From assembly GCA_964605095.1 (NCBI GenBank), contig CAZSBS010000003.1, positions 1-43,112 of the forward strand: a stretch of 43,112 nt of DNA, read 5' to 3'. The stretch is from an uncultured Planctomycetaceae bacterium (GTDB lineage: Bacteria > Planctomycetota > Phycisphaerae > SM23-33). A program made the translations under genes and the position numbers. The notes under the pieces are model-generated. The model saw nothing but the letters and a program-made list of their open reading frames with translations. It was not told where the DNA came from and did no database searches. Numbering within the stretch: position 1 is the stretch's first letter; each line of letters starts with the position of its first letter. This document shows, piece by piece, positions 7,611 to 17,403 of this stretch.

Positions 7611-10349
7611 TTACAGGCTCCTCGCCACTTCGACCGTCTTGTAGAACTCCAGCGTGTCACCTTCCTTGATGTCGTCGAATCCGGCGATTTTCAGGCCGCA
7701 TTCCATGCCGGACCGCACCTCGCGAACGTCATCCTTAAACCGCTTGAGGCTTTCCAGCGTCCGCTCGTCCATGACGACAATGTTGTTGCGGATTACGCGG
7801 AGGTGGGCGTTGCGGTTGACCACGCCGTCGAGCACGTGGCAGCCGGCGATACTGCCGACCCTCGACACCTTGAACACCTGCCGGATCTCGGCCCGGCCGA
7901 TGGTTTCCTCGCGAATCTCCGGGGTCAGGCCCTCTTCCAGGGCCTTGTGGATGTCGTCGATTATGTTGTAGATCACGCGGTAGACGCGGATGTCGACGCC
8001 CTTTTCCTCAGCCATCTGGCGTGCGGAGGAGTCGGGCACGACGTTGAAGCCGATTATCAGCGCTCCCGATGCCTCGGCCAGCGTGACGTCGCCGATGGTG
8101 ATCCCGCCGACGCCGGCATGGAGGATGTTCACCTTGGCCTCGGCGGTGCTGAGCTTCTCCAGCGAACCCGTCAGGGCCTCGATCGAGCCCTGAACGTCGG
8201 CCTTGATTATCAGAGGCACCTCGCTGGTCTGGCCCTGTGCGATCTTGCTCAGCAGGCTCTCGAGCGTGGCCTTGGGCCCGCTGGCAAGTTGGCGGGTCCG
8301 CATGCGCTGGCGGCGGTCATCGGCGGCCGTGCGGGCCTGGTCGAGGTCCGCGACGACATAGAACTTGTCGCCCGCCTCGGCCACGCCGTCCATGCCGGCT
8401 ATTTCCACTGGCGTGCTTGGCCCGGCCGAGGTGATCTCCTTGCCCTTGTCGTCGATCAGTTGGCGGACGCGCCCGTGGCTTCGGCCTGCCAGGACAATGT
8501 CGCCGACCTTGAGCGTGCCGTTTCGGACAAGCAGCCTGGCCAGGGGTCCGCGGGCGGGGTCGATCTCGGACTCGATTACGAACCCGCTGGCGGGGGCGCC
8601 GATCTCGGCCTTGAGCTCGAGCAGTTCCGCCTCGAGGCTCAGCACCTCGACCAGTTCGTCGATGCCCTTGCCCGTCGTAGCGGAGGTCTGGATGACTTCC
8701 ACGTTGCCGCCCCATTGCCGCGGATTCAGGCCGTGCTCGGCAATCTGGGCCATAGCCCGCTGGATGTTGGCGTTGGGCAGGTCCACCTTGTTGAGGGCCA
8801 CCACTATGGTCACCTTGGCGGCCTTGGCGTGGTTGATCGCCTCAATCGTCTGGGGCATCACGCCGTCGTCGGAGGCCACCACCAGCACTACCACGTCTGT
8901 CATGTTGGCCCCGCGAGCCCGCATGGCGGTGAAGGCCTCGTGGCCCGGGGTGTCCAGGAAGACCACGTGCTTGTCGCCCACGTCGTATCGGTAGCTGCCG
9001 ATGTGCTGGGTTATGCCGCCCGCCTCGCCGCCGGCGACGGCGGTGTGGCGGATGCGGTCCAGCAGCGATGTCTTGCCGTGGTCGACGTGCCCGAGGAACG
9101 TCACCACCGGCGCCCGACTGACCATCTCGCCGGCGGGGCGGGCCTCGATCTGATCGGCCACTTCCATCTCGGCCGTACGCTCGCGATGGATGTCTAGCTC
9201 GATGTCAAAATCGGCGACGGCCATCTCGGCCATCTCGATGCTTATGTTCTGGTTGGCGGTCACCATCGTGCCCGTTTCCATGAGCTTGCGGATGATTTCC
9301 GTGGCCTTCAGGCCGGTGGCGGCGGAGAGGCTCTTGACGGAGATCGGCTCGTCGATCTCCACTTTGCCCACCTTTACAGTCGGCCGGACCAGCCCTCCGC
9401 CTTTTCTGGCGACGGACGCGCGGTGCCTTCTCAGGCCTCCGCCGGCGGCGGCGGCGAGGCGGGCGGATCGCTCCTGGAGGTCGCGCTCTCGCCATTCTTG
9501 CCCCCCGTCGGTTGCGCCACCTTCGGCGCTGCGGCCCGTGCCGGCTCGGCGACGGGGGCTGCGACGCTTGCCCTTTTTCTTATCGTCGTCGGTGTCCTTG
9601 CCCTTGCCCTTGGTGGTCGTGGGGCCGCGCCCCGCCGTCGTTGGCGTCGGCTCGTCGGGAACTCCGGGCCTGACGATACGCGGTCCGACGCGCGTCGGAG
9701 TCGGCTGGCGGCGGCGGGGGGGTTCCATGTGCTCGGGGGCCTCGACGCGGACGATCCGCGGACCCCGCAGCTTGGCCGGGCGGGGGACCAACTGCGGCCC
9801 GGCCGGCATTATGCCGGGCTTGGCCGGCTCCGGCGGCTGGTCCTGGGCCGCCTCGGGCGGGGCCTGTTCGGTTGCTTCGGCCTGCTCGGCTGCGACCTGG
9901 GCAGGCTGGGCGGTCTCGGCCTCGGTCTCGGTCTCGGCCTCGACCTCAGTTGGGGCCGGAGGCTCGGCGATCTGCGATTCGACCAGCTCGGCCACGGCTG
10001 TGGCGGCGACGGCGGGCTCGGCCTCGACGGCCTGTGGCTCGGCGGCCGGCGATTCCGCAGGCTCAACTTCGGCCTCGGTGGGGGGGGACTCCGCGGTTTC
10101 GGCATGTTCGCCGTGGCGGCGGCTCTTGCGGGCCTCGGCACGCGCTTCTTCGAGGTCCACGTGTTCGGCAGTCTCAACCGCTGTCTGCGTCACATCGGGG
10201 CTGAACCACTCGCGCAGCGTCGCCTCCAGACCGGCAGACAGCGTCGCCATGTGGTTCTTGACGTCCAACCCCTCGGCGCGACACTTCTCGAGCATCGTCT
10301 TGCTCTTTACGCCGAGTTCTCTTGCAAGTTCAAAAATCCGTGTTGCCAA
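7611..10349 (-). CDS. infB: translation initiation factor IF-2
   Basis: A GTPase core ([27 protein letters not shown]) follows an acidic/Pro-rich N-terminal region. The track starts at 10379. However, GGGAGG-5 nt-TTG at 10349..10347 gives [14 protein letters not shown], the usual IF-2 N-terminus, so the TTG start is preferred. Confidence 0.93.
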   Translation of the reverse strand: MATRIFELARELGVKSKTMLEKCRAEGLDVKNHMATLSAGLEATLREWFSPDVTQTAVETAEHVDLEEARAEARKSRRHGEHAETAESPPTEAEVEPAESPAAEPQAVEAEPAVAATAVAELVESQIAEPPAPTEVEAETETEAETAQPAQVAAEQAEATEQAPPEAAQDQPPEPAKPGIMPAGPQLVPRPAKLRGPRIVRVEAPEHMEPPRRRQPTPTRVGPRIVRPGVPDEPTPTTAGRGPTTTKGKGKDTDDDKKKGKRRSPRRRAGTGRSAEGGATDGGQEWRERDLQERSARLAAAAGGGLRRHRASVARKGGGLVRPTVKVGKVEIDEPISVKSLSAATGLKATEIIRKLMETGTMVTANQNISIEMAEMAVADFDIELDIHRERTAEMEVADQIEARPAGEMVSRAPVVTFLGHVDHGKTSLLDRIRHTAVAGGEAGGITQHIGSYRYDVGDKHVVFLDTPGHEAFTAMRARGANMTDVVVLVVASDDGVMPQTIEAINHAKAAKVTIVVALNKVDLPNANIQRAMAQIAEHGLNPRQWGGNVEVIQTSATTGKGIDELVEVLSLEAELLELKAEIGAPASGFVIESEIDPARGPLARLLVRNGTLKVGDIVLAGRSHGRVRQLIDDKGKEITSAGPSTPVEIAGMDGVAEAGDKFYVVADLDQARTAADDRRQRMRTRQLASGPKATLESLLSKIAQGQTSEVPLIIKADVQGSIEALTGSLEKLSTAEAKVNILHAGVGGITIGDVTLAEASGALIIGFNVVPDSSARQMAEEKGVDIRVYRVIYNIIDDIHKALEEGLTPEIREETIGRAEIRQVFKVSRVGSIAGCHVLDGVVNRNAHLRVIRNNIVVMDERTLESLKRFKDDVREVRSGMECGLKIAGFDDIKEGDTLEFYKTVEVARSL

Positions 10350-10451
10350 GAAAGCCTCCCGGCAATGTAAAATCAGCAACTACAACCAGTCACAATCCCC
10401 GACCGAAACGATCGGCCGGGCTGTTCGCCCAAAATGGCGATCACGGCCGGC

Positions 10452-11870
<1,419 letters not shown>

Positions 11871-11920
11871 ATCGGTTCCAGGTTGTCTGGGGGCCCGGCG
11901 AATGAGCCCGCAACACAGGC

Positions 11921-11950
11921 AACAAAAAAAGTGGGTCGCCTCGCCCACTT
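11921..11950 (-). terminator. intrinsic terminator-like hairpin plus U-tract, about 50 nt upstream of the nusA ATG
   Basis: The minus strand reads AAGTGGGCGAGGCGACCCAC-TTTTTTTGTT. The stem is GTGGG/CCCAC (AGTGGG/CCCACT) and it is followed by T7. Confidence 0.6.
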
Positions 11951-12381
11951 CCAAGCCTCAGCCTCGTTGCGTTGCGGGTCCAGCACCATCCGGGCCCGTA
12001 ATAGTATGCAGGTTCCTACGGAGCCCGGCGCGTTTTGCACACACCGAACGAAACGTGCCCCCGCCGGAGCCTTCCATGGAAGACTACCAACGCGGGCAGC
12101 GCCGAGGTGGCCTTATGCCTTGCCACCGGCTTGGATCCTGGTCAGGCACAACATTGTTCTACAAACTCCTGGCCTGATGGTTCTCGTCGCCATCACTATC
12201 CGCACGCACACGCCATTCCGGCGGCATCGGTCGCCGGTAAGGCGCGGCCTAAACGTAACTCTTTGCCAGTACTCACCATGCGTTTCGTGTATACACACTC
12301 CCCGTCCGCGCCCGGTCCAGCCTTGAAAGGCCCATGGCCCCGAGGGCGGCGAGGCGACTGCATCAATCGCTGACTACGCAG
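11924..12381 (-). ncRNA. candidate ~450-460-nt non-coding transcript or long structured nusA leader (family not recognised)
   Basis: The unit is bounded by a near-consensus sigma70-type promoter (12389-12416) and the terminator at 11921-11950. Only short Cys/Arg/Pro-rich ORFs lie inside. I could not find RNase P, tmRNA or SRP signature motifs. Confidence 0.35.
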
Positions 12382-12388
12382 ATTACAA

Positions 12389-12416
12389 ATTATAGAAACT
12401 GCCCAAGGCCCGTCAA
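12389..12416 (-). promoter_or_regulatory. sigma70-type promoter: TTGACG - 16 nt - TATAAT
   Basis: The minus strand reads TTGACG (12416..12411), then GGCCTTGGGCAGTTTC, then TATAAT (12394..12389). Confidence 0.55.
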
Positions 12417-12519
12417 CAAAAATCCCCGCACATGTCCCACATTGGGACCAACCTGAGTTTCCGGCACAAGCGGATGTCTGATTTGACTCCGATGGCGTTT
12501 TGCCGAATCGCGAGTCTTT

Positions 12520-12602
12520 ATTGCGGATTGCGGATTGTCCCGGCGCGCCGGGACGGATTTCCATCTCCCAAGCCTTGGCCGGGGCAATCCGCAATCCGCA
12601 AT
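12520..12602. repeat. perfect 18-bp inverted repeat built from the heptamer ATTGCGG, enclosing a perfect 18-nt GC palindrome
   Basis: ATTGCGGATTGCGGATTG at 12520-12537 is the exact reverse complement of CAATCCGCAATCCGCAAT at 12585-12602. The spacer starts with the palindrome GTCCCGGCGCGCCGGGAC (12537-12554). Confidence 0.95.
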
Positions 12603-12849
12603 GAATTCCAGGCAGTCAAACAATGGTATAACCTTAAAATAAATATACTTACATGAATGTTGGTCATCGGATTCTCGGGTAGCCGGCCTGTTCGCTTCAG
12701 CGAGCGGGGACGGCAGGAGAGGGCATGCGACTTCTCTCTTTCCCAAACTCGCCCCGGTGCAAGACGGTACGTATATTGTCCTTGGAGGAATCGTCGTGCA
12801 GCGCGGCTTAAGACGCGGCTTAACATGAATCTGCGATTCATCCTAAAAC

Positions 12850-14043
12850 ATGAAAAGACAATGCCCTAAGCCTCTGTCCCTACTACCTTCCTTACGGAAC
12901 ACCCTCTTCGTGCGCCGCTTGGGCCTGCTGGCCGGGGCGCTGGCTCTTTTCGCCCTGGGTTGGGCATTGCCCGCGCGGGCCGGGCCAAGTTCCTCTCGCG
13001 ATTATCAGGGCGAGGCCAAGGGCATCGCCGCAAAGCAGCTCGAGCAGTTCGGCAAGGGCTACTCGGCCCGCTACGACAATAACCGGCACATCCTGTACGT
13101 CAGCGCGCTGGACGAGGCCCATCTCAAAGAGACCATCGGGCTCCTGGCCGCCTTCACGGAGGCCTACCGGCGCACGCTGGCCAGCGACCGCGGCGAGGGC
13201 AACATCACTGTCGTGCTGCCGACCGCCGAGGACTACAAGAAGCTTGAACTTCCATTCCCGGATTGCGTGGGCTTTTACAGCTACGCCGGCCGGCGGCTGG
13301 TGGCTATCGACCGCGGGCGGACGCTGATCCACGAGTTCACCCACGCACTGCACCACGCGGACATGACCGCCTCCCGCCAGAGCCACCCGATCTGGATCGC
13401 CGAGGGCCTGGCCACGCTCTTCGAGGCGAGCACGATTACCCCGTCGGGCCTGGTGCCAAAACTCGACATGCGCCTGGCCACCCTCCAGAAAGCCATCCGT
13501 GAGAAAAAAACCTTCCCCCTGAAGGACCTGCTCTCGATGGGCCGCAAGCCGTTCATGCAGGATGCGGCCGTGGCGTACGCCCAGGCCCGCTACCTTATGT
13601 ACTACCTCTACGAGCGAGGCCGGCTCGACGACTTCTACAGCCGCTACAAGAACACCTTCACCCACGACCCGCAGGGCATCGCGGCCTTCGAGGCGGCCGC
13701 GGGCAACAAGCTGTTCATCATCGACCGTGATTGGCAGAAGTGGGTTTTGGACAAGGCCCTGCCGTCATCCGAGCGCCGCTGCCGCCAGGGCCGGCTCGGC
13801 CTGGAGCTTCAGCGCGTGGCCCAGGGCGCCAAGATCGTCGGCTTGCAGGACGCCTCCGCCGCCAAGACGGCCGGGCGGCTGAAGGTCGGCGACATCATCG
13901 AGCAATTCAACGGCCAGGCCATCCGGAACGAAGCCGAACTCGCCGCCGCCATCCGCTCCGCCGGCGCCATGCAGACCGTCAAGGTCCAACTCCTCCGCAA
14001 CAGCCGGCGAATGACAGTCCTGCAGCCGCTGGGCGGAGCGTAG
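12850..14043 (+). CDS. secreted DUF1570-like zinc metallopeptidase (HExxH) with C-terminal PDZ domain
   Basis: 397 aa. The signal peptide is LGLLAGALALFALGWALPARA and the zinc motif is LIHEFTHALHH. The C-terminus (GLELQRVAQGAKIVGLQDASAAKTAGRLKVGDIIEQFNGQAI) is PDZ-like. Confidence 0.8.
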   Translation: MKRQCPKPLSLLPSLRNTLFVRRLGLLAGALALFALGWALPARAGPSSSRDYQGEAKGIAAKQLEQFGKGYSARYDNNRHILYVSALDEAHLKETIGLLAAFTEAYRRTLASDRGEGNITVVLPTAEDYKKLELPFPDCVGFYSYAGRRLVAIDRGRTLIHEFTHALHHADMTASRQSHPIWIAEGLATLFEASTITPSGLVPKLDMRLATLQKAIREKKTFPLKDLLSMGRKPFMQDAAVAYAQARYLMYYLYERGRLDDFYSRYKNTFTHDPQGIAAFEAAAGNKLFIIDRDWQKWVLDKALPSSERRCRQGRLGLELQRVAQGAKIVGLQDASAAKTAGRLKVGDIIEQFNGQAIRNEAELAAAIRSAGAMQTVKVQLLRNSRRMTVLQPLGGA

Positions 14044-14048
14044 TGCCG

Positions 14049-14144
14049 AAATGATGAATGCCACGAATGATAAATGCCAAGTGGAGATCCCAGGCTTGCC
14101 GCTTAGCGCCTGAAGGCTCTTGGCATTCCTGGCATTCATCATTT
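14049..14144. repeat. long imperfect inverted repeat between convergent genes; possible bidirectional terminator
   Basis: The outer arms are perfect 15-mers: AAATGATGAATGCCA at 14049-14063 and TGGCATTCATCATTT at 14130-14144. The inner arms are AATGCCAAG (14073-14081) and CTTGGCATT (14119-14127). The arms are built from AATG/CATT words spaced 7-9 nt apart. The loop contains GCGCCTGAAG (14106-14115). Confidence 0.85.
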
Positions 14145-14181
14145 GGGCATTGAACATTGCGGCCAGGCTCGGCCGCCACCG

Positions 14182-15603
14182 TTACTTCATCGCGCCGGTC
14201 AGAATGCCCACGGCGTATTGCAGGACGAACAGGGCAGCGAAGACGTAGACTATGGCCGGGCACTGGCGGGCCTTGCCGGAGATCAGCTTGGCGAATGCGT
14301 AGCTGATGAAGCCGATGGCGATGCCCGTGGCGATCGAGAACGTAAAGGCCATCCCGGTCATGGCCAGGAAGGCCGGCAATGATTCGGTGATGTCGTCCCA
14401 CTCGATTTCCCGCATGGCACGCATCATCATAGCCCCGACGATTATCAGGGCAGGGGCGATCATCGGATAGCGAAGGATGGGGTCGCCCCACGACGTCGTG
14501 CCGACCGTAACTCCGCCGCCGATCATCCGCACCAGCGGCTGAAAGAAAAGCGCCGCCAGCATGCACAGCCCGGCGACGATTGCGGCAAGCCCCGTCCGCG
14601 CCCCGGCCGCCACACCGGTGATGGACTCGATGTAGCTGGTGACCGTGCTCGTGCCCAGGCACCCGCCGGCGATTGTGCCCAATGCGTCGGCCGTAAGGGC
14701 TCGCTCAGCCGACGGGAGCTTGCCGTCCTTGGTCATCAGGTTTGCCCTGCTGCCCACGGCCACCAACGTGCCGACGGTGTCGAACATATCCATGAACAGC
14801 AGTATGAACCCCAGCGTCAGCACCTCGGCGACGTGCGGGCCGGCAAGCTTGCCCGGCAGCGATCTGAAGCCGTCGATGAATCCCGTGGCCGTGACCTCCA
14901 GGCCGCCAGGCATGCCGACCAGCCCGTGATACGTGACAGCCTCGACGCCCCATATCCGCCCGACGGCCCACGTTGCGGCCGTGGCGGCGAGTATGCCCAA
15001 CAGGATCGCCCCGCGAACGTGCAGCGCCATCAGCACCAGAATGATGGCAAGCCCAAGCAGCGTGAGGGCGGCCACGTAGTTTCCGTGCAGGTCCGCCAGG
15101 GCCACGAATGTTGCGGGATTGGGCTTGATCAGGTTTCCCCACTCGAAGCCGATCAGGGCGATGAACAGCCCGATGCCCGCCGCGATGCCGCTCTTGAGGG
15201 CGTCGGGTATCGCGTTGAGCAGCATGGACCGCACGCCGAACCTCGCCAGCAGCACGAAGACCGCCCCAACCACCACCGTAAGGGCCATCGCCTCCTGCCA
15301 GGAGAGCTTGAAGGCCCCGGCGGCCGCGCCCACGCCGCAGAGCGTGAAGACGAAGAAGAAGTTCTCCCCCATTCCCGGCGCCAGTGCTATGGGATAGTTT
15401 GCCAGCAGCCCCATCAGCACGCACGCGATGGCGGAAGCAATGCACGTTGCCATGAACACGCCGTCGGCGTCCATGCCCGTCTTGCTCAGCACTGCCGGCT
15501 GAACGAAGAGGATATAGCTCATGGCCATGAAGGTGGTAAGCCCGCCGACAACCTCCCGGCCCACCGTGCTGCCCCGCTGCCGTATCTGGAAGCTAAACGC
15601 CAT
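14182..15603 (-). CDS. NCS2-family purine permease (AzgA/PbuG-type adenine/guanine/hypoxanthine transporter)
   Basis: 473 aa and polytopic. The N-terminus FQIRQRGSTVGREVVGGLTTFMAMSYILFVQPAVLS and the later TSYIESITGVAAGARTG are characteristic of the family. Confidence 0.88.
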   Translation of the reverse strand: MAFSFQIRQRGSTVGREVVGGLTTFMAMSYILFVQPAVLSKTGMDADGVFMATCIASAIACVLMGLLANYPIALAPGMGENFFFVFTLCGVGAAAGAFKLSWQEAMALTVVVGAVFVLLARFGVRSMLLNAIPDALKSGIAAGIGLFIALIGFEWGNLIKPNPATFVALADLHGNYVAALTLLGLAIILVLMALHVRGAILLGILAATAATWAVGRIWGVEAVTYHGLVGMPGGLEVTATGFIDGFRSLPGKLAGPHVAEVLTLGFILLFMDMFDTVGTLVAVGSRANLMTKDGKLPSAERALTADALGTIAGGCLGTSTVTSYIESITGVAAGARTGLAAIVAGLCMLAALFFQPLVRMIGGGVTVGTTSWGDPILRYPMIAPALIIVGAMMMRAMREIEWDDITESLPAFLAMTGMAFTFSIATGIAIGFISYAFAKLISGKARQCPAIVYVFAALFVLQYAVGILTGAMK

Positions 15604-15645
15604 GGTCAGGCTCCTTCCTTGATCTGACGGACACGATCAGCCGCG

Positions 15646-15675
15646 ATTGTTCACCGAAACGTGCGGTCTTGTCAA
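15646..15675 (-). promoter_or_regulatory. putative promoter of the purine permease: TTGACA - 18 nt - AACAAT
   Basis: On the minus strand TTGACA lies at 15675..15670 and AACAAT at 15651..15646. A strong RBS, AAGGAAGGAG, sits 7 nt before the ATG at 15603. Confidence 0.4.
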
Positions 15676-15680
15676 CAGTC

Positions 15681-15712
15681 TGGCGCAGGGCCTTTGGCGC
15701 AGGGCCTTTGGC
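15681..15712. repeat. tandem 14-mer (TGGCGCAGGGCCTT) x 2.3 abutting the -35 box
   Basis: Copies lie at 15681-15694 and 15695-15708, with a partial copy at 15709-15712. The array begins 5-6 nt upstream of the putative -35. Confidence 0.9.
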
Positions 15713-15731
15713 TCGGCGCGGGCTTCGTCAA

Positions 15732-17342
15732 TCACTTTCCGTTTCCGTTGGCGATGAGGGAGCGGATGAGCTCGTCGGTGTTGATGGCGCACATGGTGGT
15801 GTATCGGTCCGTAAGCGCGAACGGCATGTAGAGTGTATCGCCGTGGATCATGGCGCCGCAGGTGTAGACGACGTTGGGCACGTAGCCATACTGCTCGGAC
15901 GGCCCCGCACTCACCAGGGGCTTGCTCAGCCGGCCTCGGACCTTCAGCGGGTTGTCGAGGTCCAGCAGCATCGCGCCGATTGAGTACTTCCGCATCGGCC
16001 CGACTCCGTGTATCAGCAGCAGCCAGCCCTCGGGTGTTTCTATCGGCGATCCGCAGTTGCCCATTTGCAGCAGGTTCCACGGCGCGTACGGCCCTGCCAG
16101 CGGCGTGGCGGTCTCCCAGAAATGCACCATGTCCGAGTACATGATGTACAGGTTCATGCCGTCTATCCGGGAGCACATGGCGTAGTGCCCGTTGATCCTC
16201 CGCGGAAACAGGGCCATGCCCTTGTCCAACGCGGCGGCGCCGTTGATCGAGTGGACCTCGATCTGCTTGTAGTCCTTGGTGCGGATGAGCATCGGCAGGA
16301 TCCGCGTGCCGTCGTAAGCGGTATAGGTGCCGAAGTATTCGACGGAACCGTCGTTCTCGACGAATCGAACCATGCGGAGGTCCTCGACGCCGTGCGCCTC
16401 TTCCTGCGTGGCCGGATAGAGCACCAGTTGGGTAATGTCGGCCTTGGGCGGCAGGCTGACGTGGTAGTTCGACCGCGCCAGCCAGATCATGGTCTCGATA
16501 GCCTGGCTGGAGCCCCTGGCCGAGGGATCGTTCTTGCGGAACTCGGCCACGGCGTGGTTGAGTTCCGTGATCGTGAAGGAGTCCTTGAGCATTGACAGCA
16601 CTTTCTCGACGACCCGCATGCCGCGGAGGCCCATTTCCCGTAGTCTGCGGAGGATAAGGTGCTTGAGGAATTGCTGATCGGGCGAGACTTGCGCCCGCGC
16701 CAGGGTGGTCGGCGGCGGGTCCAGCGTCACTTCCCCGCTGGTGCCGATTACGCCTGTGCGGAACACAATGGACGAGATATGCCCCTCGCCGGTGGCCCGC
16801 AGGCTCATTAGGAACCGCACCGCGCCATCCGGCACGTTGGCCTGGTCGGGGTGCGGCACTATCGAGGGGTTGAACAGCGCCACTCCCTCGATCGCGTACT
16901 CCATCGTCAGGTACGCACCTGCCAGTTTCCGGCGCCGGGGCGACCAGTCCGCCTGCCACCCGATCAACGCCTGGGCCTGGCGGTAATGGGCCTCGAAAGC
17001 CGACGGCAGGTCCATGTGGCGCTGGCCGTACGCGGCGAGGATCTCTTCGAGGCAGCCCGCCACGCGGTCATCAGGCAGTTGGCCGATCCGCTCGAACAGC
17101 GAGGCCAGCCTGGTCCCCAAGGGGATCATCGGCAGTTGCACAAGGTGTGTCTCGTCGCCGTAGAGGCTGACCGGCAGTCGCCTCACGGCCGGGCCGGGGC
17201 CGTCCTCGCCGCCCGCACAGGCATGCCCGGTCGCTATGGCCGGGCCTTGGGATGCGTCTTGAGAGCGATCAGTCTTGGTCATTATGCGAAGGTCGCTTTC
17301 TCTGTTCTGAAAAGACGGTAGTAGGTGGACGGGGCGCAGCAT
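15732..17342 (-). CDS. GH130-family (DUF377/PH1107-related) glycosidase/phosphorylase-like protein with a ~230-aa N-terminal extension
   Basis: The C-terminal half (FPRRINGHYAMCSRIDGMNLYIMYSD, GNCGSPIETPEGWLLLIHGVG, YSIGAMLLDLDNPLKV, VVYTCGAMIHGDTLYMPFALTD) matches the five-bladed GH130 pattern. The start is uncertain: ATG at 17342, or MTKT about 20 codons downstream. Confidence 0.75.
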   Translation of the reverse strand: MLRPVHLLPSFQNRESDLRIMTKTDRSQDASQGPAIATGHACAGGEDGPGPAVRRLPVSLYGDETHLVQLPMIPLGTRLASLFERIGQLPDDRVAGCLEEILAAYGQRHMDLPSAFEAHYRQAQALIGWQADWSPRRRKLAGAYLTMEYAIEGVALFNPSIVPHPDQANVPDGAVRFLMSLRATGEGHISSIVFRTGVIGTSGEVTLDPPPTTLARAQVSPDQQFLKHLILRRLREMGLRGMRVVEKVLSMLKDSFTITELNHAVAEFRKNDPSARGSSQAIETMIWLARSNYHVSLPPKADITQLVLYPATQEEAHGVEDLRMVRFVENDGSVEYFGTYTAYDGTRILPMLIRTKDYKQIEVHSINGAAALDKGMALFPRRINGHYAMCSRIDGMNLYIMYSDMVHFWETATPLAGPYAPWNLLQMGNCGSPIETPEGWLLLIHGVGPMRKYSIGAMLLDLDNPLKVRGRLSKPLVSAGPSEQYGYVPNVVYTCGAMIHGDTLYMPFALTDRYTTMCAINTDELIRSLIANGNGK

Positions 17343-17351
17343 GGCGACAGC

Positions 17352-17373
17352 CCTCGTCCTCGTCCTCGTCCTC
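17352..17373. repeat. tandem hexamer (CCTCGT) x 3.7
   Basis: CCTCGTCCTCGTCCTCGTCCTC lies in the 61-nt spacer between the GT4 and GH130-like genes. On the mRNA strand this is (GAGGAC)n immediately upstream of the ATG at 17342. Confidence 0.9.
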
Positions 17374-17403
17374 TGCTTTTTCCTTCATCGGGTGAGCCGA
17401 AGG

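Noticed and set aside
11924-12381. Possibility that the promoter/terminator-bracketed RNA is RNase P RNA, tmRNA or SRP RNA
   Set aside because: I could not find GGAAAGTCC or ACAGAA-CCGGCTTA (RNase P), a tRNA-like GGTTCGA-containing 3' end (tmRNA), or GGAAGCAGCC (SRP domain IV) on either strand. The family remains unassigned.
11955-12841. Short ORFs in the nusA upstream region (12113..12298, 12196..12594, 12390..12746, 12518..12841 minus; 11862..12326, 12035..12373 plus)
   Set aside because: They overlap one another, are Cys/Arg/Pro-rich, lack RBS support, and show no RimP-like or other recognisable motif.
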